From positions 1 to 54,083 of the forward strand of contig JAYSTY010000534.1 of the NCBI GenBank assembly GCA_043719385.1: a DNA stretch of 54,083 bases. Reading direction: 5' to 3'. This document shows positions 9,925 to 18,334 of this stretch, in pieces. Numbering within the stretch: position 1 is the stretch's first letter; every line of letters begins with the position of its first letter. The translations under genes and the position numbers were made by a program. This DNA is from Blastocatellia bacterium. Lineage in GTDB: Bacteria; Acidobacteriota; Blastocatellia; RBC074. The notes under the pieces are model-generated. The model saw only the letters and a list, made by a program, of their open reading frames with translations, had not been told where the DNA came from and ran no database searches.

Positions 9925-11022
9925 ATGAGACCGTCCAAATTATTCGCTTTACTCATAAGCCTGAATTTCCTAATCACTCCGATGCCGCTTTTGGCGTGTG
10001 CGATTGCCAGGCCAACTACGGCGGATGGAAAAGTTAGCAATCCCTTTAATGTAAATGTAGAGCAGGCAATCATCATTTGGGACGAGAAAACTAAGACTGA
10101 ACATTTTATTCGCAGCGCAGAATTTTCAGGCGAAGGCAAAGATTTAGGCTTTTTGGTTCCGACGCCATCCGTGCCGGAATTAAGCGAAACGTCTAACGAA
10201 TTTTCTTTTCTCCGTGATTTCACCAAAGCCGAGCGGATTGAAAAGCGTGTCTTTGCTGGCTTTGATTTTACGCCGTTGAGTTCTTCGTTTTTGGGAGGCG
10301 AAACCGCAACCACCTCTGCGCCAATGACGGCAGCCAAATCAGCCGTCCGCGTCCTCGATAAAAAAACTGTGGGAGGTTATGACGCCGTAGTTCTTGAAGC
10401 TGATAGCGCCGCCGCGCTTGGTGTCTGGCTCAAAAAACATAACTACGCTTCGACGCCGGAGCTGACGGATTGGCTGGCGAATTACATCAAAGCCCATTGG
10501 AAAATTACGGCGTTCAAGGTTGCGAATAATGAAGGCGAGCGTTCCGCTTTATTAAGTGCAGTGCGAATGTCATTCAAAACGGACAAGCCTTTTTATCCGT
10601 ATCGTGAGCCGAAGACGGAAACCCCTGCTGAAAAAAAATCGCGCGTTTTATGGGTGTGGTTTGTGGGCGCTCAACGAATGAACGCGACGATTGGCGAGAG
10701 CGGAAACTGGCCTGCGGTAATGGATTGGTCGAATTCAATCACAACAGAGCAAAGACAACAAATCGCCAGTAATTACAAATTGCCTGTCGAACAAATTCCT
10801 GACCGCTTGACGGAATTTATTGATACATCTTCGCCGCGTCCGGCAACCGATGAATTGTATTTTTTGCCGGCTGCCGATCAATCCATCGTCAAACCTCCGC
10901 CGATTGTGGACGAAGATAGCTGGCAGTTTCCTTTGCCGTTAGATTTAATTGCGGTTGTTTTTTTACTTGCACCGACAATTTATTTTTGGCGGAAACGGGC
11001 GCGACGAAGGTTGGCGCAATAG
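9925..11022 (+). CDS. DUF2330-like exported protein with C-terminal membrane anchor
   Basis: Signal peptide followed by Cys; EQAIIIWD...EHFIR, GFLVPTPSVP and VGGYDAVVL..DSAAAL..WL motifs; C-terminal TM helix with basic tail. Confidence 0.75.
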   Translation: MRPSKLFALLISLNFLITPMPLLACAIARPTTADGKVSNPFNVNVEQAIIIWDEKTKTEHFIRSAEFSGEGKDLGFLVPTPSVPELSETSNEFSFLRDFTKAERIEKRVFAGFDFTPLSSSFLGGETATTSAPMTAAKSAVRVLDKKTVGGYDAVVLEADSAAALGVWLKKHNYASTPELTDWLANYIKAHWKITAFKVANNEGERSALLSAVRMSFKTDKPFYPYREPKTETPAEKKSRVLWVWFVGAQRMNATIGESGNWPAVMDWSNSITTEQRQQIASNYKLPVEQIPDRLTEFIDTSSPRPATDELYFLPAADQSIVKPPPIVDEDSWQFPLPLDLIAVVFLLAPTIYFWRKRARRRLAQ

Positions 11023-11167
11023 CCTGAATTTAAAGTTTACCCGTTACCAAACAGCAGGGAACTAAATCGCCGGAATCTTTATCAAACAAGCCGCAAGTAT
11101 TGAGATCAACCCCGCTTCCGGTTAAATTTCAGGTTGGGACAAGATCAATTTATCGGGAGATTAATTC

Positions 11168-12742
11168 ATGACAACCTCAATTACAGCTTTATTACAAACG
11201 ACTGACCTTGCCGCATCGTTGCCGGAAACTGAAGCGCATGCGACAGCCTCCGCGCTTGGCGAATTATGCGGGCTGCAGGTTTATCCGCGCTCACTTACCT
11301 GTACGCAAAAAACTATTTTCTTTTTGGGTCGCAAAGGCGTCCAGAAATTTCTTGTATTGCTCACGAACAACTCCGAGCTCGGCAATAAATTTCATGGTAT
11401 CGCCACGGAAATAAATATTGACGCACAAACGCTGACGCTGAAGGTTTGCGAAACGACGGCTGAGAATGCGGCGGCGCTGCGCCTGATCCTGCCATTCCTT
11501 GTGGCGCAAATGTTAGGCTTGCGTAAATCCGCTGGTTGCGGAGATCGTTTAGGTCTGGCGACGCCGGGACATATTCGCGCGATTCGGCATTCGACGATGG
11601 TTCCGATTCTGGCGCAACAATCCATCCGCGAAAATGTGCGCACCGGACGCAATCCGCAGGAAGTGATGGACGATGCGTTGTGGGGAATCGTTGAAGAAGG
11701 CTGGCGCGAGGGTTTTGGCGCGGATGCGGATCATTTGAAAAATACTGACGACATTGATGTTTGCGTCGCGGCTGGATACACCTTTTACACGATTGATCCC
11801 GGTGCGCATGTGGATAACGAAGCGAACACTGCTCCGGTTGAAGTGTTGCGGCAAAAAGTGACGACGTTGCCCTGGGCAGAACTGGCTACGAATTGGGAAG
11901 CGGTGCAACAACAATTAGGCAGCGCCCCGATTGATCTGGGTGATTTCAGCGTGGCTCTGAGCGAAGAGGATTTGCTGCGCTCGGCGGCAAAATATGGTCA
12001 CGTTGTCGCGCACACAGTGAAGATGTATCGGCATCTGGAACAGGCCATGAACGGGCGTCCGTTTGAATTGGAAATGAGCGTGGACGAAACTGAAACCGTT
12101 ACAACTTTGGCCGAACATATTTACATCGCGCACGAACTGAAACGGATGGGGGTGAAGTGGGTCAGCCTCGCGCCGCGCTATGTTGGTGATTTTGAAAAAG
12201 GCGTGGATTATATTGGCGATCTGGATGAATTTGAAAAATCTTTTGCCCAACATTTAGCAGTGTCAAAAACGTATGGGCCGTACAAACTCAGCCTGCATTC
12301 CGGCTCGGACAAATTCAGTATTTATCCGATTGCCGCACGGGTTGGCGGCGAATTGGTGCATCTGAAAACGGCTGGCACCAGTTATCTTGAAGCTTTACGC
12401 GCCATTGGCAAAAATAACCCGACGCTCTTTCGTGAAATTGTCGCCTTTGCCAGCGACCGTTATCCCACCGACCGCGCGACGTATCACGTTTCGGCTGAAG
12501 TCAGCAAAATGGCGGATGTCGCGGCGCTGACCGATGACGAACTGACGACGCTGCTGGATGATTTTCACGCCCGCGAAGTGTTGCACGTCACGTTTGGTTC
12601 CGTGTTGCATCACGCGCCTTTCCGGGCGCGGTTTTTCGCTGCATTGCGCGAAGACGAAGAGACGTATTACCAGATGCTGGAAACGCATTTCGACAAACAT
12701 TTATTACCCTTTGGCGCAGCCTCCGCCGCGATGGGCGATTAA
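11168..12742 (+). CDS. uxaE: Tagaturonate/fructuronate epimerase
   Basis: GCGDRLGLATPGH, AQQSIRE, FGADADHLK, FEKGVDY, KLSLHSGSDKFS, HLKTAGTSYLEALR and LHVTFGSVL motifs. Confidence 0.93.
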   Translation: MTTSITALLQTTDLAASLPETEAHATASALGELCGLQVYPRSLTCTQKTIFFLGRKGVQKFLVLLTNNSELGNKFHGIATEINIDAQTLTLKVCETTAENAAALRLILPFLVAQMLGLRKSAGCGDRLGLATPGHIRAIRHSTMVPILAQQSIRENVRTGRNPQEVMDDALWGIVEEGWREGFGADADHLKNTDDIDVCVAAGYTFYTIDPGAHVDNEANTAPVEVLRQKVTTLPWAELATNWEAVQQQLGSAPIDLGDFSVALSEEDLLRSAAKYGHVVAHTVKMYRHLEQAMNGRPFELEMSVDETETVTTLAEHIYIAHELKRMGVKWVSLAPRYVGDFEKGVDYIGDLDEFEKSFAQHLAVSKTYGPYKLSLHSGSDKFSIYPIAARVGGELVHLKTAGTSYLEALRAIGKNNPTLFREIVAFASDRYPTDRATYHVSAEVSKMADVAALTDDELTTLLDDFHAREVLHVTFGSVLHHAPFRARFFAALREDEETYYQMLETHFDKHLLPFGAASAAMGD

Positions 12743-12753
12743 GTATTTCTGAT

Positions 12754-12834
12754 GTCCAACAAACTTCAGTTTGTTGCTCCCTTCGATCACTGTATATTTG
12801 TTACGAAGCCGCAACAAACTGAAGTTTGTTGGAC
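12754..12834. repeat. REP-like element, family B: perfect 24-bp inverted repeat
   Basis: gtccaacaaacttcagtttgttgc (12754-12777) is the exact reverse complement of gcaacaaactgaagtttgttggac (12811-12834). Each arm is itself a hairpin. Confidence 0.9.
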
Positions 12835-12875
12835 TTTATGCAAGGAACAGGAAAAATTCTTAAGAGTAACTACAA

Positions 12876-13706
12876 ATGAATCTAACTGACTTGACGAAGA
12901 TGTATGACTTTACCGGACGCTCCGTTGTCATCACGGGCGGAACCGGAATTTTGTGCAGCGCGATGGCGCAGGCATTGGTCGGCTGCGGCGCGAATGTTGC
13001 CATCATCGCACGCAATCCTGAAAAAGGCGCGGCGGTGGCAGAGCAACTCAAAGGCTCTGGACGGGCCATCGTGGCACAGGCGGATGTCCTTAACAAAGAG
13101 GAACTGCAAGCAGCCGTCGCGCAGGTAACGGCTGAATTTGGACGCATTGATTGTCTGATTAATGGCGCTGGCGGCAACAGTCCAAACGCGACTACACGGC
13201 CTGATCAGTCGTTTTTTGATTTGCCGCAGGAAGCTTTCAAATATGTCTTTGAGTTAAATTTGATCGGGACAATTTTGCCGACGCAGGTATTCGGCAAACA
13301 GATGGCGGAGCAGGGCGACGGCGTAATTTTGAATGTCTCGTCAATGAGTGCGTTGCGTCCGCTGACCCGCGTTATCAGCTATTCCGCCGCGAAAGCGGGG
13401 ATAGATAATTTTACGCGCTGGTTAGCCGTGCATTTAGCCCAGGAATATTCACCGCGCATTCGGGTGAACGCCATTGCGCCAGGCTTTTTTATCACGGAAC
13501 AAAATCGTTCGTTGTTAACCGACATAGCGACCGGTGAATTATCTCCGCGTGGCAAGAGCATCATCACGCATACCCCGATGGGACGTTTCGGACAACCGGA
13601 AGATTTGCTGGGCGCGGTTTTATGGTTGCTGTCCCCGGCTTCGACTTTTGTGACAGGGATTGTCGTGCCGATTGATGGCGGGTTCTCGGCGTTTGCTGGC
13701 GTGTAG
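12876..13706 (+). CDS. uxuB: SDR-family D-mannonate oxidoreductase (fructuronate reductase)
   Basis: TGGTGIL, NGAGGN, RPLTRV.SYSAAKA and NAIAPGFF.TEQNR motifs; adjacent to uxaE and uxaC. Confidence 0.85.
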   Translation: MNLTDLTKMYDFTGRSVVITGGTGILCSAMAQALVGCGANVAIIARNPEKGAAVAEQLKGSGRAIVAQADVLNKEELQAAVAQVTAEFGRIDCLINGAGGNSPNATTRPDQSFFDLPQEAFKYVFELNLIGTILPTQVFGKQMAEQGDGVILNVSSMSALRPLTRVISYSAAKAGIDNFTRWLAVHLAQEYSPRIRVNAIAPGFFITEQNRSLLTDIATGELSPRGKSIITHTPMGRFGQPEDLLGAVLWLLSPASTFVTGIVVPIDGGFSAFAGV

Positions 13707-13714
13707 AGACGCAG

Positions 13715-13817
13715 GTACAGTGGGCTGCCAGCCCGCGCTTGAGGTTTAAGGCGCAAGGTTTTTTGGGGACAGCTTAGCGTTTAGAATTTTAGCTTACGGG
13801 CTGGCAGCCCGTGCTAC
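13715..13817. repeat. REP-like pair, family C (GGGCTGCCAGCCC palindromes in inverted orientation)
   Basis: gtacagtgggctgccagcccgcg at ~13715-13737 and acgggctggcagcccgtgctac at 13796-13817, between convergent genes. The second overlaps the peptidase stop codon. Confidence 0.75.
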
Positions 13818-16039
13818 TTCAGATATTTCTCAAACCAATCCAGATTCCTCTGTAAATTATCAACTCTGTGTTTTGGTTCGCGGATGCCGTGACCTTCGCG
13901 GGGGTAGCGCACCAGCACAGTGTCTACACCGCGCATTTTCAGGGCGATGAACATTTCTTCGGCCTGTGTGATGTGTACGTCGTTGTCGTTTTCGCCGTGC
14001 ACAAGCATCAAAGGCGTCTTCACATTTTTGATATGTTTGAGCGGCGAGCGATCCCACAGTTTTTCGTAATTGTCCCACGGCATCCCGCCAAATTCGGCAT
14101 GCACTAAATCCTGATACAGCGAAGTCGAATAAAAACTAATCAGATTTGACAGGCTCGCGGACGCAATCGCGGCTTTGAAACGATCCGTTTGGGTGACAAT
14201 CCAATTCGTCATATAGCCGCCGTAGCTGCCGCCCATCACGCCCATCCGGTCTTTGTCGAGGTACGGAAATTTTTCAAGCGCGACATCAACGCCCTTCATC
14301 AAATCGCGGTAATCGCCGCCGCCCCAATCGTTCACACAACCATCCGAAAATTTTTGCCCGTAGCCCGATGATCCGCGCGGATTAATCAACAATACGCCGT
14401 AGCCTTTCGCCGCCAGCGCCTGCACCGTCGCATTGAAACTGTACCCGTGCATTCCGTGCGGCCCACCGTGAATATAAAGAATCACCGGATATTTTTTCTT
14501 TTCGTCGAGATTGATTGGAGGGACGAGCCAGCCTTGAATTTCAAAGCCTTCGTTGGTGAATGTATATTCACGCATTGAAGAAAGCTGAATTTTCTCCGAC
14601 AGATTTTTGTGGATATTTGTTAATGATTTCCATTGAAGATTTGGTTTCCATTCAGTCAAATTAGATTCTATGTTGCAAAGTTCAGGGAAAGAATCAGATT
14701 TTGACATAATAAAAACTTGGTTTTTATTACCTAAAGCGAAAGAAGTAATTTGTGACTCAGGAGAAATAAAATAGCTTTGATTTCCTATAGAGGGATTGGC
14801 ATCTGTTGGGTTGAAAAAAGCGTTGAAGTTGTCTTTCACGAAAATAGAAGTTACTCCTACACTGTTAACAGAAATCCCCAATGACTTATATTTTTCCCAT
14901 CGAAGGGCGCTAACACGACCTGAAGAATATCGGTCACCTTTTGTTTTTCCATCTGTAGAAATCATCCAAGCGTGTGTGTCCTCCGCCACGCTATCAATTG
15001 TTGTCACATCACGCGTTGTTGCCAAATAAGCAATCCAAGCTCCGTTTGGATTAAAGACAGGTTGCCATTCGCAGCCTTTTGTTTTGGTCAGTTGTCGCAC
15101 TGCGCCTGTGCTGACGTTGGCTACAAATAAATCGGTGTTGTTGATTTTGTCGGGATCGGGTTCGTGGTTGGAGACGAAAACAATTTCATCGCCTTTCGGA
15201 GACCAGTTGATCGAATGCTCGGCGTAATTTCCGCTCGTCAATTGGCGCAACTGCTTCGTCGCCAAATCTGCGATGAAAATGTGCGATTGCAAATTGTCCG
15301 AAAACGACGTGCGCGATTTGTACTGCAACCGCGTGATGACGCGGACATCAGTTGTTGTCACCTGTTCACGCGGTTTGTTTTTTGCTTCCGCTTCCAGTCG
15401 TTTGATGTCTTCAGGAGATTTGCCCTGCGCCTGCAAAATCATCGCACGAGTCGCCGGTGGCAACGCCATAATTTCATCTATGGTGATTGGCCGCGTGAGC
15501 CGCTCCATCATGTTCGGCATCGCTTTGGGCAAAATACCCGGATCGCTCAGGAACGCAATTTGTTTGTTGTCCGGCGACCACGTGAAGCTTTCGCCAGCCT
15601 TGTTAAAAAAGAAATTTGTGCGAGCTACCTGCGTAATTTTTTGCGGCTCTGCGTTCGGAGTTTTTATCCAATTTCCATCCGGCAAATGTACCGACTTGCC
15701 GCCATCAGGATTGATGATCCATAACGCGTCTTGTGAATAATACGCCAGCAATTTTCCATCGGGCGACCAGCGCGGAGTCGTTTCATCTGCTTCGTCTTTG
15801 GTCAATCGCTTCGGCTCGCCGCCACTCGTGCTGACTAACCAAATGTGCGTCACGTTGCGTGCGTGATCGGCGCTGACTTCGGTGACGGTGTAGGCGACAC
15901 GGGAGCCATCAGGAGAAATATTGGCATCCGCGACTTCTTTGAAATTGTAGAGGTCGTCAGGTTGCAACCCGCGTTTTGGTTGGGCGAAAACAGGAATGAT
16001 GCTCAACAAAAGAAAAACGATCAGGATATGTTTAGTCAT
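13814..16039 (-). CDS. S9 family serine peptidase (acylaminoacyl/dipeptidyl-peptidase-like) with PD40 beta-propeller
   Basis: Signal peptide; WSPDG repeats; IHGGPH, GGSYGG (Ser), GENDNDV (Asp) and EGHG (His) motifs. Confidence 0.93.
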   Translation of the reverse strand: MTKHILIVFLLLSIIPVFAQPKRGLQPDDLYNFKEVADANISPDGSRVAYTVTEVSADHARNVTHIWLVSTSGGEPKRLTKDEADETTPRWSPDGKLLAYYSQDALWIINPDGGKSVHLPDGNWIKTPNAEPQKITQVARTNFFFNKAGESFTWSPDNKQIAFLSDPGILPKAMPNMMERLTRPITIDEIMALPPATRAMILQAQGKSPEDIKRLEAEAKNKPREQVTTTDVRVITRLQYKSRTSFSDNLQSHIFIADLATKQLRQLTSGNYAEHSINWSPKGDEIVFVSNHEPDPDKINNTDLFVANVSTGAVRQLTKTKGCEWQPVFNPNGAWIAYLATTRDVTTIDSVAEDTHAWMISTDGKTKGDRYSSGRVSALRWEKYKSLGISVNSVGVTSIFVKDNFNAFFNPTDANPSIGNQSYFISPESQITSFALGNKNQVFIMSKSDSFPELCNIESNLTEWKPNLQWKSLTNIHKNLSEKIQLSSMREYTFTNEGFEIQGWLVPPINLDEKKKYPVILYIHGGPHGMHGYSFNATVQALAAKGYGVLLINPRGSSGYGQKFSDGCVNDWGGGDYRDLMKGVDVALEKFPYLDKDRMGVMGGSYGGYMTNWIVTQTDRFKAAIASASLSNLISFYSTSLYQDLVHAEFGGMPWDNYEKLWDRSPLKHIKNVKTPLMLVHGENDNDVHITQAEEMFIALKMRGVDTVLVRYPREGHGIREPKHRVDNLQRNLDWFEKYLK

Positions 16040-16060
16040 AAATTTTCCGAGGAAGCTGCG

Positions 16061-17203
16061 TTATTTGTGAGTGATAAAATATACCACTCCAGCATAATCA
16101 TCCGACAATAAAAAGCCATTGCCAAATTTCATAATGTCTACGGGACGACCATTAATTTTGCGATTGACCATAAAGCCCGTAATGAAATCCTGGGGCAATT
16201 TCCCCTGCCTGACTTGTGCGACAGTGTAGCCGTGACCGATGCGAATAAAGCCGGAGCCGTGCAGCGCGACTAAAAAACCATCTTCAAAACTCTCAAAACC
16301 GAGCGGCGAACTATGTGCGTAAAATGAAGCGAAGGGCTTGGGAACCTGCAAATTTTTCCGGTCAGGAAATTGTGGGTCAGCGAAATATTTTGCGCGGGAA
16401 AAATAATAATAAGGCCAGCCGTAATTGGCGTTTTCTTTGACTTCGTACATTGTGTCATCGGGTTTGTCATCGCCCAAATGATCCGGCCCCATATTTGTCG
16501 TCAGCAGCCTGCCGTCAAGCCAGCGCAAGCCCACAGCATTGCGCAAACCTGTGGCGTACACACGCTGGTTTTTTCCATCGGCATCCATTTCCAAAATCGC
16601 GGCGCGGATCTCCTCGGTCTCTTCACAGGCGTTGCAACTGCTGCCGACGGAAACATAAATTTTGTTGTTCGCAGAAATCGCAATCGTCCGCGTCAAATGC
16701 CAGCCGCCGTATTTGTAGCCTAATCCGTAATCGGGGAATTTGGCTAATGTTTCCGGCGCATTCGAAGGTTTGTCTTCGCCAGCAGTGTAACGATACCGAA
16801 TCAGCTTGTCCGTCAGCGCGATATACAGCCAATGCTTGCCGTCGCTGTCGGTATAAAAAGCGATGCTGTTCGGGTTGCGCAATTTGTTGAGCCAGGCTTT
16901 TTGCTGACGAAATTTGCCGGAGTCAAAATCTTCGAGGATATAAATCGCGCCTTTGTTGTTGTCGGTGCGGTTGTACAAATCGGTTACAAAGACGCGATTA
17001 TCAGGACTCTTCGCCATAAATCGCGCCCGGCTCATCCCCTGCACGGCAACGCTAATGTCGTAGCCTTCAGGCAAATTCAGCGTGAAGGTTTTACCGTTCA
17101 TTAGTTTGATAGAGTGTGGCTTGAGAAGCGGGCGCGGTGCAGATAAGGCCGGAGAAAAAATAAGCAACAGGAGAAGCGAAGAAAAGTAAAGATTCTTATT
17201 CAT
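16061..17203 (-). CDS. PQQ-dependent sugar/sorbosone dehydrogenase family protein
   Basis: Signal peptide; H.TRTI, YVSVGSSCNACEE, ATGLRNAVGL, YGWPY, AHSSPLG and GRPVD motifs. Confidence 0.88.
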   Translation of the reverse strand: MNKNLYFSSLLLLLIFSPALSAPRPLLKPHSIKLMNGKTFTLNLPEGYDISVAVQGMSRARFMAKSPDNRVFVTDLYNRTDNNKGAIYILEDFDSGKFRQQKAWLNKLRNPNSIAFYTDSDGKHWLYIALTDKLIRYRYTAGEDKPSNAPETLAKFPDYGLGYKYGGWHLTRTIAISANNKIYVSVGSSCNACEETEEIRAAILEMDADGKNQRVYATGLRNAVGLRWLDGRLLTTNMGPDHLGDDKPDDTMYEVKENANYGWPYYYFSRAKYFADPQFPDRKNLQVPKPFASFYAHSSPLGFESFEDGFLVALHGSGFIRIGHGYTVAQVRQGKLPQDFITGFMVNRKINGRPVDIMKFGNGFLLSDDYAGVVYFITHK

Positions 17204-17301
17204 AACGGATTTACATTACACCTTGAAATACGGTTAAATTACGCGGCAGCAGGGTACTGATGAATTCTATTACAGGCAAATAAAAAAATGTACCGCGCAC
17301 C

Positions 17302-17355
17302 AACCCCGTCGCTACGGCTCAGGGTACAGTACCGCGAGCCGTAGCGAGCCGGGTT
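17302..17355. repeat. REP-like hairpin, family D
   Basis: aaccccgtcgctacggctcagggtac-a-gtaccgcgagccgtagcgagccgggtt has a perfect 12-bp core (tcgctacggctc/gagccgtagcga). A short palindrome aagctggcagctt follows at 17377-17389. Confidence 0.75.
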
Positions 17356-17401
17356 CGCTTGAGAAAATCTGCCGACAAGCTGGCAGCTTACTGAACATGA
17401 A

Positions 17402-18334
17402 ATGATGAACAAATCTTTCCAGATAATTTCTCCCGCACAAGGCCTCATTAACAGTGAAGGTGTAAGTCTCGCCTTCAACTATTGGCCTGGACGCGGAACG
17501 CCAATCGTGTGTATTCACGGGCTGACAGCATCTTCAATGAGTTTCATCAGCCTGGCGGATTCGCTGGCTGGAAAACATGCGGTACTGGCAATTGATTTGC
17601 GTGGGCGTGGCAATTCTGACAAGCCGGATGCGCCTTATGGAATGGCACAGCACGCGCACGATGTGGCGGCGGTGTTACGGGCTTTTGGTGCGGAGTCCTA
17701 TGTTGTGGTCGGGCATTCGATGGGGGCTTATATCGCTACGGCGCTGGCGGTACAGGAGCCGAATTTAGTCGCTGGCCTGGTCATGCTTGATGGCGGATAT
17801 TTTCCGCCGATGCCGGAGGGGTTGGATGCCGATCAAATTCTCAACTTAGTTGTTGGGCCGGCGGTGATTGGTCGTTTGAAGCAAACGTATCCATCACACG
17901 AAGCATATCTAAATTATTGGCGTGGCTTGCCGAGCTATCCGCCCGAAGTTTGGAATGATTCACTCGAAAAATACCTGGCTTATGATTTGGGCGGTGCAGC
18001 GCCAAACTTACAACCGAAAGGTTCCGAAGCCGGCGTGCGAGCGGATTTCGCCGACATGTTGCGGCGCGAAGAAATTACTGCACGATTGCAATCCGTCCGT
18101 TGCCCGACGATGGTGATTCGCGCCGAGCAGGGGATGGCGAAAGGGCAGCCAGGCATTTTGCCCGATGTCGTGTTACAGGAAATGCGCACGCTTGTTCCAC
18201 ATCTGGAAACGCACACAATCAATGATGTCACGCATTACACAATTCTTTTCAATGAACGCGGCGTGGCGCAGGTTGCCAGGTTGATCTCAGGTTTTATGCA
18301 AAGCTGTTTCAAATCATTTGATGTTGAGTCGTAA
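17402..18334 (+). CDS. Alpha/beta hydrolase
   Basis: IHGLT, DLRGRGNS and GHSMG motifs, C-terminal THYT His. Its 3' end overlaps the convergent large gene by 21 bp. Confidence 0.9.
   Translation: MMNKSFQIISPAQGLINSEGVSLAFNYWPGRGTPIVCIHGLTASSMSFISLADSLAGKHAVLAIDLRGRGNSDKPDAPYGMAQHAHDVAAVLRAFGAESYVVVGHSMGAYIATALAVQEPNLVAGLVMLDGGYFPPMPEGLDADQILNLVVGPAVIGRLKQTYPSHEAYLNYWRGLPSYPPEVWNDSLEKYLAYDLGGAAPNLQPKGSEAGVRADFADMLRREEITARLQSVRCPTMVIRAEQGMAKGQPGILPDVVLQEMRTLVPHLETHTINDVTHYTILFNERGVAQVARLISGFMQSCFKSFDVES

Noticed and set aside
14560-15070. Diversity-generating retroelement variable repeat
   Set aside because: No reverse transcriptase and no near-duplicate template repeat seen in the window; the patch is internal and long. 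Kept only as an unexplained compositional anomaly.
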